Assembly (NCBI GenBank): GCA_964428445.1
Contig: CAYRYC010000001.1
Location: 13,704 to 77,703 of the forward strand
Length of the DNA stretch: 64,000 bases
Source: an uncultured Methanosarcinales archaeon
Lineage (GTDB): Archaea > Nanobdellota > Nanobdellia > Woesearchaeales > SKGA01
Direction: 5' to 3'
Position numbers and translations under genes: made by a program. Positions 49,747-60,000 of the stretch are shown one piece after another. The notes beneath the pieces are model-generated. The model saw only the letters and a list, made by a program, of their open reading frames with translations. It was not told where the DNA came from and searched no databases. Position 1 is the stretch's first letter; every line of letters begins with the position of its first letter.

Positions 49747-49819
49747 GCCTCCGTGGCTTAGTGGCTATAGTACCTGACTTGTAATCAGGAGGTCGCGAGT
49801 TCAACTCTCGCCGGAGGCT
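49747..49819 (+). tRNA. tRNA-Thr (anticodon UGU)
   Basis: GCCTCCG-TG-GCTTAGTGGCTATAGT-A-CCTGA-CTTGTAA-TCAGG-AGGTC-GCGAGTTCAACTCTCGC-CGGAGGC-T. Confidence 0.8.
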
Positions 49820-49833
49820 CCATATTCTTTAAA

Positions 49834-50394
49834 ATGAACATAACAATAATAGGACCTCGATCCGCAGGGAAAACGACAGTTTCAAGAATTCTAGCTAAGA
49901 AGATCAAGTTTACACATATTAACTATGATGATCTTATGAACAAATCGTTAAAAGAATTTGGTGGTTTAGGTAAAATCATCAGAGACAGAAACATGGAAGT
50001 TCTTAATGTTCATGCTCTTAAAGGCGTAAGAGAAACCATGGAAAAAGATGGAGTTCTTTTTGATATTGGTGGAGGCTATCTCCGAGCAGAAGATAAACAA
50101 TTCAAAGAAGATGTTAACAAAGCAATTCTTTCGAAATCAATTCTTATTGGATTGCTTCCTTTCGAAGATGAAGAAGAAAGCATGAAACTCCTATCAGCGC
50201 GAGAAAAAGCACGTCCGCAATACAAAGATAAAGCTCCAGAAGAAATTGATAAAAGATCAAGAGAACATTATCCTGATGTTGCTAAGGGAATGAAAGAAAT
50301 AACAAAACACCTCTTCTATGTTGGAGATAAAACTCCAGAAGAAATAAGTGAATTATTATATAATTATATTAATAAACATATATTGGCAGAATAA
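49834..50394 (+). CDS. P-loop NTPase, small-molecule/nucleotide kinase-like (AAA_33 / shikimate kinase-like fold)
   Basis: MNITIIGPRSAGKTTVSRILAKK carries the Walker A at the N-terminus. 186 aa. Confidence 0.5.
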   Translation: MNITIIGPRSAGKTTVSRILAKKIKFTHINYDDLMNKSLKEFGGLGKIIRDRNMEVLNVHALKGVRETMEKDGVLFDIGGGYLRAEDKQFKEDVNKAILSKSILIGLLPFEDEEESMKLLSAREKARPQYKDKAPEEIDKRSREHYPDVAKGMKEITKHLFYVGDKTPEEISELLYNYINKHILAE

Positions 50395-50412
50395 AAAAAA
50401 TACTTCATAAAA

Positions 50413-51540
50413 TCAACCAAGGTTGATTTCATACCATCCTTTTTCTCTAGCTTGCTTGTTAAAATAACGGTCGTGAGAAACAACCCATAATTGACTTTTT
50501 TTAGATTGGTCAAAAATCTTACTAGAATAGACGTCTTGAGAATTTTCATCTAAATTTGCCATAGGCTCATCTAGAAGAATAACATTATTTTCTCCTTTAA
50601 ATAATTCATCCATATAATGTTTATCTTGCTGACCGCTACTTCCTGTAATCGCTTTGAGAGTTTCTTCTTTACCTTTTAAAGTCAATATACTTGTTCTTTT
50701 GGTTTTTTGTCCAGGAATATTATATCGTGCAAATATATGGTTTTTTTCCCCTTCATTTTTCATGAATAACCATTCAGAGAAAGTAGTATCGAAAGCACCC
50801 AAGATATTATGATCTAATAATGCACAAACCGAGTAGAGTTTATTTGGTGAGACTTTGTATTCTTTAGCTAATAAGTTTATAACATCAGGATATTCTTCAG
50901 CTACTTGAAGAAACGGTAAATCATTTTGATTCATGTTTGGATTAAGTGTTTCCACATACTGAGTAATTTGATAAACAAAAGTTGCAAAAGCCATTTCAGG
51001 AATTTCTATATGTTTTGAGTATTTTAGTGCTAATGAACTAATATATTGCTCATCTAGTGGTTTTTCTGGATCAAATGTGTTTGTAAATTTTTTAACATTC
51101 AAATGTTCAAGAAAACCTTTCACATTTTTTTTAATAATTTTTTTTGCTTCTTTTTGTACTCTGGCATTAATTTCCTCTTCACTAGCAGACTCTCCTAATT
51201 CCTCAGTTATTGATTCATGATGTCCTTCACTTACAGAATTATCATATTTAGCTCCTATGTATTCATTAAAATCTTGATCATCTGTCAATTCTTCCATTTT
51301 TAATAACGGAGAATAACATTGTATGAAATTTGGTAGTTGAGTATTTAGTTGATCAGTACGTTTATAACCTCGTTGTCGATTAATACGTTCACTCTCAAAC
51401 AACATATGTAAAAGAGAAGATTTTCCAGAACCAGAATTTCCTGTGATAAGAACAGATTCGTTTTCAGGAGCATATATGGTTCCTGGTTTAATAATTACTT
51501 GAGGTGCGTAAGGTATAAGTATTTCAGTTTTTGTTATCAT
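50413..51540 (-). CDS. stand-alone ABC-type ATPase with ~250-aa acidic insertion between Walker A and signature/Walker B
   Basis: Walker A GNSGSGKSS; signature-like TGSSGQQ; Walker B VILLDEPMANLD; H-loop VVSHD. No TM domain and no adjacent permease. Confidence 0.55.
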   Translation of the reverse strand: MITKTEILIPYAPQVIIKPGTIYAPENESVLITGNSGSGKSSLLHMLFESERINRQRGYKRTDQLNTQLPNFIQCYSPLLKMEELTDDQDFNEYIGAKYDNSVSEGHHESITEELGESASEEEINARVQKEAKKIIKKNVKGFLEHLNVKKFTNTFDPEKPLDEQYISSLALKYSKHIEIPEMAFATFVYQITQYVETLNPNMNQNDLPFLQVAEEYPDVINLLAKEYKVSPNKLYSVCALLDHNILGAFDTTFSEWLFMKNEGEKNHIFARYNIPGQKTKRTSILTLKGKEETLKAITGSSGQQDKHYMDELFKGENNVILLDEPMANLDENSQDVYSSKIFDQSKKSQLWVVSHDRYFNKQAREKGWYEINLG

Positions 51541-51705
51541 GATTATATCCTCTTAAAATATAATCTCACCATCTGAAACAACTCAAACAAAGTATTTAAA
51601 CATTACGCCAGGCACAAATACATAACATTTATAAATCAAATCACACATCTTTTAATAAACATTAAAACTTATAAAACTTAAATTACATAAAAAAGGATAA
51701 ACAAA

Positions 51706-52200
51706 GTGATGAAAACAGATTATTTCAAATTGCAAGAGCAAATGTCTCGACGTTTCGGAGCGAAGCCTACGGAAGCTACAATAATTGCAGTTATCAAAAC
51801 ATCTACCGAACCGATTTCCCTGGACGAAATAGCTGAACAAACAAAATATTCACTAGCAACGGTTAGTAATGCTATTCGAAAATTCGAAATGCATGGAATT
51901 CTTTTCAGAAGTAAAAAACCAGGATCTAAAAAAGTATATGTTGAAGCAAAAAAAGATTTTATCAAATCAATGAAAGAAAATTTGAAAATGGTAACTTCAA
52001 ACATACAGCTACTTGTCGAAGCACTTCCGCTAATCATAGAAAAAACAAAACTTCGAATACAAAGTAAAGAAGGCTTAGGAAATCAAAATGATTTACAAAG
52101 AGACAAGAAAGATCTGGAAATGCAAAAAGACGAACTTCGTCAAGCAAAGATAACAAGCAAAATAATGGCTGAAACATTAAAAAAATTGGAAGAACACTAA
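51706..52200 (+). CDS. winged-helix transcriptional regulator with C-terminal coiled coil
   Basis: ISLDEIAEQTKYSLATVSNAIRKFEMHGIL HTH segment. Its stop abuts the ABC ATPase start (52200/52202). Confidence 0.4.
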   Translation: MMKTDYFKLQEQMSRRFGAKPTEATIIAVIKTSTEPISLDEIAEQTKYSLATVSNAIRKFEMHGILFRSKKPGSKKVYVEAKKDFIKSMKENLKMVTSNIQLLVEALPLIIEKTKLRIQSKEGLGNQNDLQRDKKDLEMQKDELRQAKITSKIMAETLKKLEEH

Positions 52201-52201
52201 A

Positions 52202-52942
52202 ATGGCTGAGAAAAAAATTACGAAAAAAACAACCCATAGCAAAACTGGCAAAAGTAAGAAAGATATAGTTCTTTCATTAAGAAATGTCTGGCGAACCTAT
52301 ACTATGGGGGATAATAAGATTCACGCTCTTAAAGGATTAAACCTAGATGTAAAGAAAGGAGAATTCTTAGCAATACAAGGACCTTCAGGATCAGGTAAAT
52401 CTACTGCTCTAAACATGATAGGGGTTTTAGATCTACCATCACAGGGAGATATATTTCTAGATGGACATAATATTAACAAATTTACAGAATCACAACTCGC
52501 ACAATTAAGAGGACAAAAAATAGGATTCATTTTTCAAAAATTCAATCTCATAAATACATTAACAGCAAAAGAAAACATTACATTACCATTAATTTTCCAA
52601 GGAAAAACTGAAGCAGAACGAGAGAAAAAAGCACAAGAGCTTCTTGACCTCGTTGAAATTGCTGATCGAGCAAATCACAAACCAGGAGAACTTTCAGGAG
52701 GACAGCAACAACGAGTAGCAATTGCTAGAGCACTTGCAGTTGATCCAGAAATTATTCTGGCAGACGAACCAACAGGAAACCTTGACAGTAAAAGTGGAGG
52801 AACAGTAATGGACTTCCTAAAAAAACTACACAAAGAACAAGGTAAAACAATCATCATGGTAACCCATGATTCAAATCTTACAAAATACGCCGATCGTATT
52901 GAAACACTCAAAGACGGCGAAATCCAAAAAAATCGAAAATAA
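52202..52942 (+). CDS. ABC transporter ATP-binding protein (MacB/LolD/FtsE-like)
   Basis: Walker A GPSGSGKST, signature LSGGQQQRVAIARAL, Walker B ILADEPTGNLD, H-loop VTHD. Confidence 0.85.
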   Translation: MAEKKITKKTTHSKTGKSKKDIVLSLRNVWRTYTMGDNKIHALKGLNLDVKKGEFLAIQGPSGSGKSTALNMIGVLDLPSQGDIFLDGHNINKFTESQLAQLRGQKIGFIFQKFNLINTLTAKENITLPLIFQGKTEAEREKKAQELLDLVEIADRANHKPGELSGGQQQRVAIARALAVDPEIILADEPTGNLDSKSGGTVMDFLKKLHKEQGKTIIMVTHDSNLTKYADRIETLKDGEIQKNRK

Positions 52943-52961
52943 AATTTAGATTTTTAGGGAT

Positions 52962-53015
52962 GCAAAGAAAACTAAAGTTTTCTTGCACAAAAAACAATTA
53001 TTGTTTTTTAGTGCT
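52962..53015 (+). terminator. two adjacent hairpins followed by T-tracts after ABC ATPase gene
   Basis: gcaaagaaaactaaagttttcttgc is an 11-bp inverted repeat. aaaaaacaattattgtttttt is a 10-bp inverted repeat ending in T6. AGGTGA Shine-Dalgarno site for the next gene follows. Confidence 0.4.
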
Positions 53016-53074
53016 GAAAAATATTAAAAATATTTTTCAAGCATTGTGACTAAACATCGAAAGGTGAGCAAAAA

Positions 53075-54298
53075 ATGAACAAAAAAATAATTTTAGGAAT
53101 TATGCTGCTTATTGTTATGCTAGTAGGCACAACATTAGTAAGCGCAGCAGTAGACACAGCTAACCTCGAAGCGTCACTTGTACGTTACGAGCCACTTCCT
53201 GCACAACCAGGACAATACCTTACAGTATATGTAAAAGTGGAAAATGATTATGCATATCCTGCAGAAGATGCAGCTATCAGAATCAAAGAAGAATTTCCTT
53301 TCAGTGTTGTAAACATAGATGATTTAGAACAAGACTTAGGAATCATCGAAGGACGAGATAGCCAAGTTGCGGAATTTAGACTTAAAGTTGATAGTCAAGC
53401 TGCAGTTGGAACAAATTATCTAACAGTAGAATATACTCAAGATAAATTCAAAGGGGTATGGAAAGAAGCAGAACTTAGTATTTCAATAAGACCGAACGAT
53501 GCATCTCTTTCAATTTCAAATGTGAAAACAAGTCCTGAAGAAATTACTCCAGGAAGTGAAGGAGTTCTTGAAATAACAATTAAAAACACCGCAGAAATTA
53601 CTCTAAGAGATATTGGGCTTCAAATCGGACTCGTCAGCATTGACGGAACGGATCTTCCATTCATCCCAACATCAGTTACTGAAAAAAGAGTTGGAAAAAT
53701 TAATCCTGCTGAAATTATAACATTAAGTTTTCCTCTGAAAGCATATCCAAGTGCAAGCCCTGGTTATTACAAATTACCAATGCGAACAACATTCTACGAT
53801 GAAGAAGGAACAATGACCACACAGGACGATTTTGTTGGAATTATTGTAAAAGCAGAACCCGAACTAAAGGTATATGTTGAAGACGTAGAAGCTACAAAAG
53901 GCGGAACTGGAAAAATTACTTTCAAATTTGTTAACAAAGGAATTAGTGATCTTAAATTCTTAGACATAGTAGTTCAAGAAGGAGAAGGATACAAAGTTCA
54001 CGATTCAACAGATAGATACATCGGAGATTTAGATTCTGATGATTATCGTAGCGAATATTTTAACATCGAACTACTTGATGAAGAAACTGAAGTAAATATT
54101 CTAGTTAGCTACAAAGATGAAAATAATAATATTTACGAAACAACAGAAATAGTTATGGTAAATGCTTCAAGCGGAAACGGACAAAAATCAGGACCTTCAT
54201 GGTTTACAATTTTACTTGTAATTGTTTTAGCAATTATTGGAATTAGATATTTCATAAAAAAAAGAAAAGCAAGTAAGGCTAAAAAAAATAAAAAATAA
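53075..54298 (+). CDS. exported protein with C-terminal TM anchor (extracytoplasmic component of the ABC system)
   Basis: Signal/anchor MNKKIILGIMLLIVMLVGTTLVSA. C-terminal helix WFTILLVIVLAIIGIRYF followed by KKRKASKAKKNKK. Confidence 0.5.
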   Translation: MNKKIILGIMLLIVMLVGTTLVSAAVDTANLEASLVRYEPLPAQPGQYLTVYVKVENDYAYPAEDAAIRIKEEFPFSVVNIDDLEQDLGIIEGRDSQVAEFRLKVDSQAAVGTNYLTVEYTQDKFKGVWKEAELSISIRPNDASLSISNVKTSPEEITPGSEGVLEITIKNTAEITLRDIGLQIGLVSIDGTDLPFIPTSVTEKRVGKINPAEIITLSFPLKAYPSASPGYYKLPMRTTFYDEEGTMTTQDDFVGIIVKAEPELKVYVEDVEATKGGTGKITFKFVNKGISDLKFLDIVVQEGEGYKVHDSTDRYIGDLDSDDYRSEYFNIELLDEETEVNILVSYKDENNNIYETTEIVMVNASSGNGQKSGPSWFTILLVIVLAIIGIRYFIKKRKASKAKKNKK

Positions 54299-54310
54299 GG
54301 ATATAGCCTC

Positions 54311-55519
54311 ATGAACCTTAAAGAAGCACTACGTATTGCACTTATCAACATTACTCACCGAAGAGTCCGGAGTTTGCTCACTCTCATAGGAATCTTCGCA
54401 GGTATTGCTGCAGTAGTAGCTCTCGTTAGTCTCGGACAAGGTTTACAAGGCGCTATCAATGATCAATTCTCAGACATCGGTGCGGATGTCTTTACAGTCA
54501 GCGGAGCAGGAAGTGCATTTGGACCTCCTGGAACAAATGCTGTTGGATCCATAGGTGATCATGACATAACAGTTATAGAACGCGTCAATGATGTCGACTT
54601 TGCCTTTGGTCGTTATATCAGACCATTTCAAATGGAATTTAATGGAAAAGAATCTGGAGGCTATGTTGCATCCTTGCCTGAAGGAGCATCCTTCGAACTC
54701 ATGCTTCAAGCACTCAATGTTGAAGTTGTAGAGGGACGAATGATTACTCCAGATGATAAACGGAACATAGTTGTTGGTGGTTCCGTAGACGTTGATAATG
54801 ACAAATTAGAAGTTGGACAAAAAGTTACAATAAAAGATGAAGTGTTTAGAATTGTTGGCGTGTTGAAAAAAACAGGAAATCCAATGGTTGATGCGGCGAC
54901 ACTCATGACAAAAGACAGCACCGAAGAACTCTTTGAAGTGGAAGATGATTATAGTATAATTGTTGTCGCGGTTGATGAAGGAGCGGATCTTTTAGAAGTA
55001 AAAGATGCTGTTGAACGACAAATGCGACGAGATCGAGATGTAAAAGAAGGCGAAGAAGATTTTCAAATATCAACACCTCAAGAAACATTAGAATCACTTA
55101 ACTCAATTCTTACAACGGTTCAAGTATTGATTGTAGGAATAGCTGCAATCAGTTTATTAGTTGGAGCAATAGGAATTGCAAACACAATGTATACTGCAGT
55201 ATTAGAACGACGGCGAGAAATTGGAATTATGAAATCCGTCGGAGCGAAAAACAGCGATGTACTAACAATATTCCTTATCGAATCAGGAATGCTCGGTCTT
55301 GTAGGTGGAATCATAGGACTTATTGTAGGAGTTCTTATCAGTAAAGGAATAGAAGCAGGAGCATATTATTATTTTGGCGAAAGCCTCATCAAAGCAACAA
55401 TACCATTTTGGTTAATTGCAGGATCACTTGCATTCGCATTCATTTTAGGAACTGTGTCAGGAACACTACCTGCAAAACAAGCATCACAGCTTAAACCTGT
55501 GGACGCATTGCGCAAATAG
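54311..55519 (+). CDS. FtsX/MacB-type ABC transporter permease
   Basis: N-terminal TM helix, large extracytoplasmic domain, three C-terminal TM helices. Conserved motif NTMYTAVLERRREIGIMKSVGA. Confidence 0.75.
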   Translation: MNLKEALRIALINITHRRVRSLLTLIGIFAGIAAVVALVSLGQGLQGAINDQFSDIGADVFTVSGAGSAFGPPGTNAVGSIGDHDITVIERVNDVDFAFGRYIRPFQMEFNGKESGGYVASLPEGASFELMLQALNVEVVEGRMITPDDKRNIVVGGSVDVDNDKLEVGQKVTIKDEVFRIVGVLKKTGNPMVDAATLMTKDSTEELFEVEDDYSIIVVAVDEGADLLEVKDAVERQMRRDRDVKEGEEDFQISTPQETLESLNSILTTVQVLIVGIAAISLLVGAIGIANTMYTAVLERRREIGIMKSVGAKNSDVLTIFLIESGMLGLVGGIIGLIVGVLISKGIEAGAYYYFGESLIKATIPFWLIAGSLAFAFILGTVSGTLPAKQASQLKPVDALRK

Positions 55520-55525
55520 CGCAAT

Positions 55526-55614
55526 GTTCGATGCGTAAGTATCGTAACTTTGAGAAAATGAATAATACAATTATTCATTTTAGAAAAGTTCGACGCACAA
55601 GTGTCGTAACTTTG
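55526..55614 (+). repeat. two copies of ~27-nt motif GTTCGAYGCRYAAGTRTCGTAACTTTG flanking a 17-nt palindrome
   Basis: R1 at 55526-55552, R2 at 55588-55614; palindrome gaataatacaattattc at 55560-55576. Related copies follow the second permease gene. Confidence 0.55.
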
Positions 55615-55674
55615 CGTAAATAACGCAATATTGAGAATGACAATAAACAAAACTTTGAAAAAATAAAAAGAAAA

Positions 55675-56898
55675 ATGATACTAGAATATTTCAAAATAGC
55701 ATTGCGGTCACTTACGCGACGAAAAACACGTAGTTGGTTAACTATGATTGGAATATTCATAGGTATTGCAGCGGTTGTTTCTCTTATTAGTCTTGGTCAA
55801 GGAATGCAAGATTCCATCCAAGAATCTTTTGAAAGTATTGGAACTGATAAATTATTCATCAGTCCCGGAAGTTCTCTTTTCTCCATAGGAGAAAACATAG
55901 GAACGGAACCCATAACAGAGGATGATGTTCGTTTCTTAATAGGGCAGGGCGGTGTGAAATATGTTACCTATTACGCCATGACCAGCGCAAAAGTAGAATA
56001 TCAAGATGTAGTCAGGTATTATCTAATTGCAGGAATTCCTACAAACAACAAAGACATAGAACTTATGGAAGCACTTTTGGGTGTTGGAATGGCTAAAGGA
56101 AGAATGCTTTCTGCAGGAGATAGAACTGCAACAGCTATTGCATTCTACCATAATGAAAGAGGTTTATATGATGGGGAAAATATGAATGTAAATAGTAAAT
56201 TTCTCATTAATGATCAAAAATTCTATGTTGCAGGAGTATTCGAACCAATAGGAAGTTCTCAGGATGATAAAATGATTTATCTCCCAATAGATTCATTCAG
56301 AGATGTTACAGGAATAGAAGAACGAGTAGATTATGTTATCGTTCAGGTTGCAGAAGGAAAAGATCCAGCAATTATTGGTGATGAATTGAAACGATCCCTG
56401 GCTCGATTCCGAGGAGTTAAAGAAGGAGATGAAGATTTCACCATACAAACACCTGAAGAATTACTAGCATCATTCCAAACAATCCTAGACATCGTCAAAG
56501 CAGTGTTAATTGGTATTGCATTAATTAGTTTATTTGTTGGAAGTGTTGGAATCATGAACACAATGTATACTTCCGTTCTTGAAAGAAATAAAGAAATTGG
56601 AATTATGAAAGCAATTGGTGCAAGAAATAAAGATATCTTCTGGCTATTTTTTATTGAATCAGGAATCCTAGGACTTGTTGGAGGTGCCATAGGAATTATT
56701 ATAGGAACAGGATTGGCAAGCGCGGTAGAATTAGTTAGCACACAAGCACTCGGTAAATCATTCCTACAAGCAAATTATTCTTGGGAACTATTTGTAGGAG
56801 CATTAGTATTCTCATTCATTGTCGGAGCTTTAGCAGGAACACTACCTGCAATCCAAGCAAGTAAAGAAAAACCCGCAGATACTTTACGCGATGAATAA
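55675..56898 (+). CDS. FtsX/MacB-type ABC transporter permease (second paralogue)
   Basis: Same architecture as the first permease; motif NTMYTSVLERNKEIGIMKAIGA. Protein identity to the first copy is roughly 35-40%. Confidence 0.75.
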   Translation: MILEYFKIALRSLTRRKTRSWLTMIGIFIGIAAVVSLISLGQGMQDSIQESFESIGTDKLFISPGSSLFSIGENIGTEPITEDDVRFLIGQGGVKYVTYYAMTSAKVEYQDVVRYYLIAGIPTNNKDIELMEALLGVGMAKGRMLSAGDRTATAIAFYHNERGLYDGENMNVNSKFLINDQKFYVAGVFEPIGSSQDDKMIYLPIDSFRDVTGIEERVDYVIVQVAEGKDPAIIGDELKRSLARFRGVKEGDEDFTIQTPEELLASFQTILDIVKAVLIGIALISLFVGSVGIMNTMYTSVLERNKEIGIMKAIGARNKDIFWLFFIESGILGLVGGAIGIIIGTGLASAVELVSTQALGKSFLQANYSWELFVGALVFSFIVGALAGTLPAIQASKEKPADTLRDE

Positions 56899-56913
56899 AA
56901 CGAATAGTGTAAA

Positions 56914-56990
56914 GTTCGACATGTAAGTGTCATAACTCTGTGTAATGAATAGGAACACAGAGTTCAACGCGTAAGTGTTGTAATACTAAG
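56914..56990 (+). repeat. two further copies of the ~27-nt GTTCRAC..TAAGTGT..TAA motif flanking a palindrome
   Basis: R3 at 56914-56940 (gttcgacatgtaagtgtcataactctg), R4 at 56963-56990 (gttcaacgcgtaagtgttgtaatactaag). Palindrome ctctgtg-N13-cacagag at 56937-56963. Confidence 0.5.
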
Positions 56991-57005
56991 AGATGAGTAA
57001 CAAAT

Positions 57006-60000
57006 CTATTTCTCTTTAGTAAATGTAGAACTATAATCTAATTCAGCAAATGCTGCTTGAAGGAAAGGATGTAGTTTTTCTTTCTCTTCTTCAGATAAAG
57101 TTTCATATATTTTAACAGCTTCTGAATATTTCTTTTTAGAAATAAGTAACTCGTCAAATTCTAAAGCAAGTGTTGCATTGTAAAGAAGTTCTTGAACTCT
57201 CTTGAAAGGCTCTTCAGATAAAGACATCTCGTTAATTGATCGAGCAACATCTTCAGTTTCAGTTTTAGAAATACTTAATACTTGTTCTCTAAATAATTCT
57301 AGGCTAAGAAGTAATTCTTCTCTAGATAATAATTCTTCTTTACTTAGTAATTTATGTATTTCTTCTTGATCCTTAAGAGATTTTTTTACTTTATTAGTGG
57401 TGGAAAGTTTTTCAATGGATCGATTATTTTCTTTCATACGACTATTTGTAAAAATGAATCCAAAGAAATTAGTAAATAATAAACTTAATTTATGTTGAGG
57501 AACATCTACCGATTTTGTTGAAACAGATTCTTTTTCCAGACCAGATAAATTTCTTAATAATTGTTTTTTCTGTGCTGCGGTTAATAATACTTGTTTAGCC
57601 TTATGACCTAAAGCAATAATTCCATATTTACTTGCTATTTTTATAGCTCCTAATAATATTAATGCCAATAGACCAAATCCTATTATACGAGCTGTTTTGT
57701 TATCAAATAATTCTCCTGCTTTACATGCTTCGCAAGAACCGCCACAATCAACACCTTTTTCATTTTGATTTTTTATACCATCAAAACAAGTTCCGCAGGG
57801 TTCACAAGGACCGCCACAATCAACACCTAATTCTCCGTAATTTTGAATACCATCAAAACAATTTTTACAAGGAACACAGAAAGGACCGCCACAATCAATT
57901 TCTTCTTCGAAATTATTAAAGATTCCATCAAAACAAGTTTTACACACATCACAGAAAAGTCCGCCACAATCAATATCTTCTTCTCCTTGATTTTTTATAC
58001 CATCATTACAACTAGCACAAGGTTTACATTCTCCACCACAATCAACGCCTTCTTCGAATTCATCCTGTATACCATTTTCACAGAAAATTAATTGTTCACA
58101 GCTTTCTTCAAAATATAATTCATTATTAGTGTAACAACTATTGTTATCAACGCAGGTTCTATTTTTTGTTCCATTCTCATTGCAAGGAGACCAGTCAGGG
58201 CAGAACCAATTAGGAGTACAAAATCCTCCGCCTCCACCGCCTCCACCAGGAGGAGTTGTAGTTGTTCCAATTTTCAAAGTATTGTTTGTTGTAGCCCAAG
58301 AGGATGCAAAATAAACATCATAGGCAAGACAGTTCCATTCATATGTCGCCAAAGGTAAACCTGAAACAATCCAAGAATTACTATCTGAATTTCCGGAAGA
58401 TGAAATAGAATTTTCATAAAAAATTACTCCGGTATTAGCATTCCAAACGCTTAAACTAAAATTGTATAAGTCTGTATTTGAAGTAACATTACATGTAAAT
58501 GTCTGTGTTGTGGAAGTTGATTGTGTATTATCAGTAGGAGCAACAAGAGTTACTAAAGGAGCATCTACAAAATCACAGGCTTCATTAAGATTAGCAGGAG
58601 CATATGTACAATTCCATAGTTCTCCATTAGTTCCAACTCCTGAACTAGAATAATTATTACAAATAAAGAACGATTCTTTTGTTGAATTAGCAGGATCTAA
58701 ATCTAAATCATATATTCCAGTCCATAAACCATAAAGATTATCATCCGATGGAGTTGTTATGGATCCTGAACAGGTCACAAGATCTCCTGAATAGCTTGCA
58801 GGAATTGTTCCTGCATTAACAACGGATCCATTTGTTGCTTGATAATATACATTGCATTTTGAGATGCTTTCTGAATCGTCACTGTAGAACTGCGAACTCA
58901 CACTTATTGTTATTAATGAACTATTATAGAAATTATTTGTTAATAAAAATGATCCTGATTTATACGCAGGAATTATATTAATTGTTTTTGATTCGGAAAC
59001 GGCTGTTGCATAATTACCCGTATCATCCCGTGCCCAGAATGAAAAATTATATGTTCCGCTTTCAACCATATTTCCTATTGTGAATTTACAATCGGAAGCA
59101 TCATCTCCTGAAACAAGATAGGAGTTCGGACCTGAAGCATTGTAGAAACAACGATCAATGGTTCCATCTTGATAATCTCCATTCTCAGTATCATTTGCAG
59201 AAACCCCAAACCACACACCAGAACCATAGCTAATATTTACTGAGCTAGCAGAAGGTTCGCTAATTGCTAAATTAACCGTTGGAGAAATATTATCAAGTAT
59301 TCTAAAATCAATGCTATGTCCTGTTGAAGGAACAGCAATGGTAAAATATAATTCAAAAGCATCATTAAAAATAGTGTCGTTGGTAGGAATGTTTACTGTC
59401 ATAGATATTGAACTAGCACCGGAACCGTTTACTGCATCCTGAAGAACTATTTGTCCTTTTGTATTAGAACCATCTTCAGAATATGATTGAGTTTCAAAAT
59501 TAGCCTGTGTTGATCCTGTTGTAATAAAATTTTCTCCTTGTAAACCAAGATGAACGGGAAGAGCAACACCTAAAAGATTACCAAGCCATAAATAAGCAGT
59601 AGAAGAATAGGAACCATATGTAAATTGTATTGTGAAATTATTTCCTAATCTTACTCTATTATCCCATAGAGCATAAAGTCCGTCAAATGTTTGCGAACTT
59701 GTTGAAGGAGGAACATATGTTCCAGTCATAAGAGTATTGACAATACAATATGCTTGAGCCGCGCAATCGCTATCAACGCAATCAATGGAACCATCGCCAT
59801 CATTATCAATGTCATCATTACAAACTTCTGCACTGCAAGAAGCAAATCCTAAACAATCACTATCCTGGCAATCAACTTGACCATCGCCATCATTATCATA
59901 GTTATCAGAACAAAGATAAGCATTATTTTCTATAGCAAGATAAAACTGATGATCATATGATGAAAGTTGATATAAACAATCAGCATCGTTCTCATCGATT

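Noticed and set aside
58225-58260. G/C-rich run (cctccgcctccaccgcctccacc) within the giant gene
   Set aside because: It encodes the in-frame Gly8 linker. It is not a regulatory G-quadruplex candidate of note and not a repeat array.
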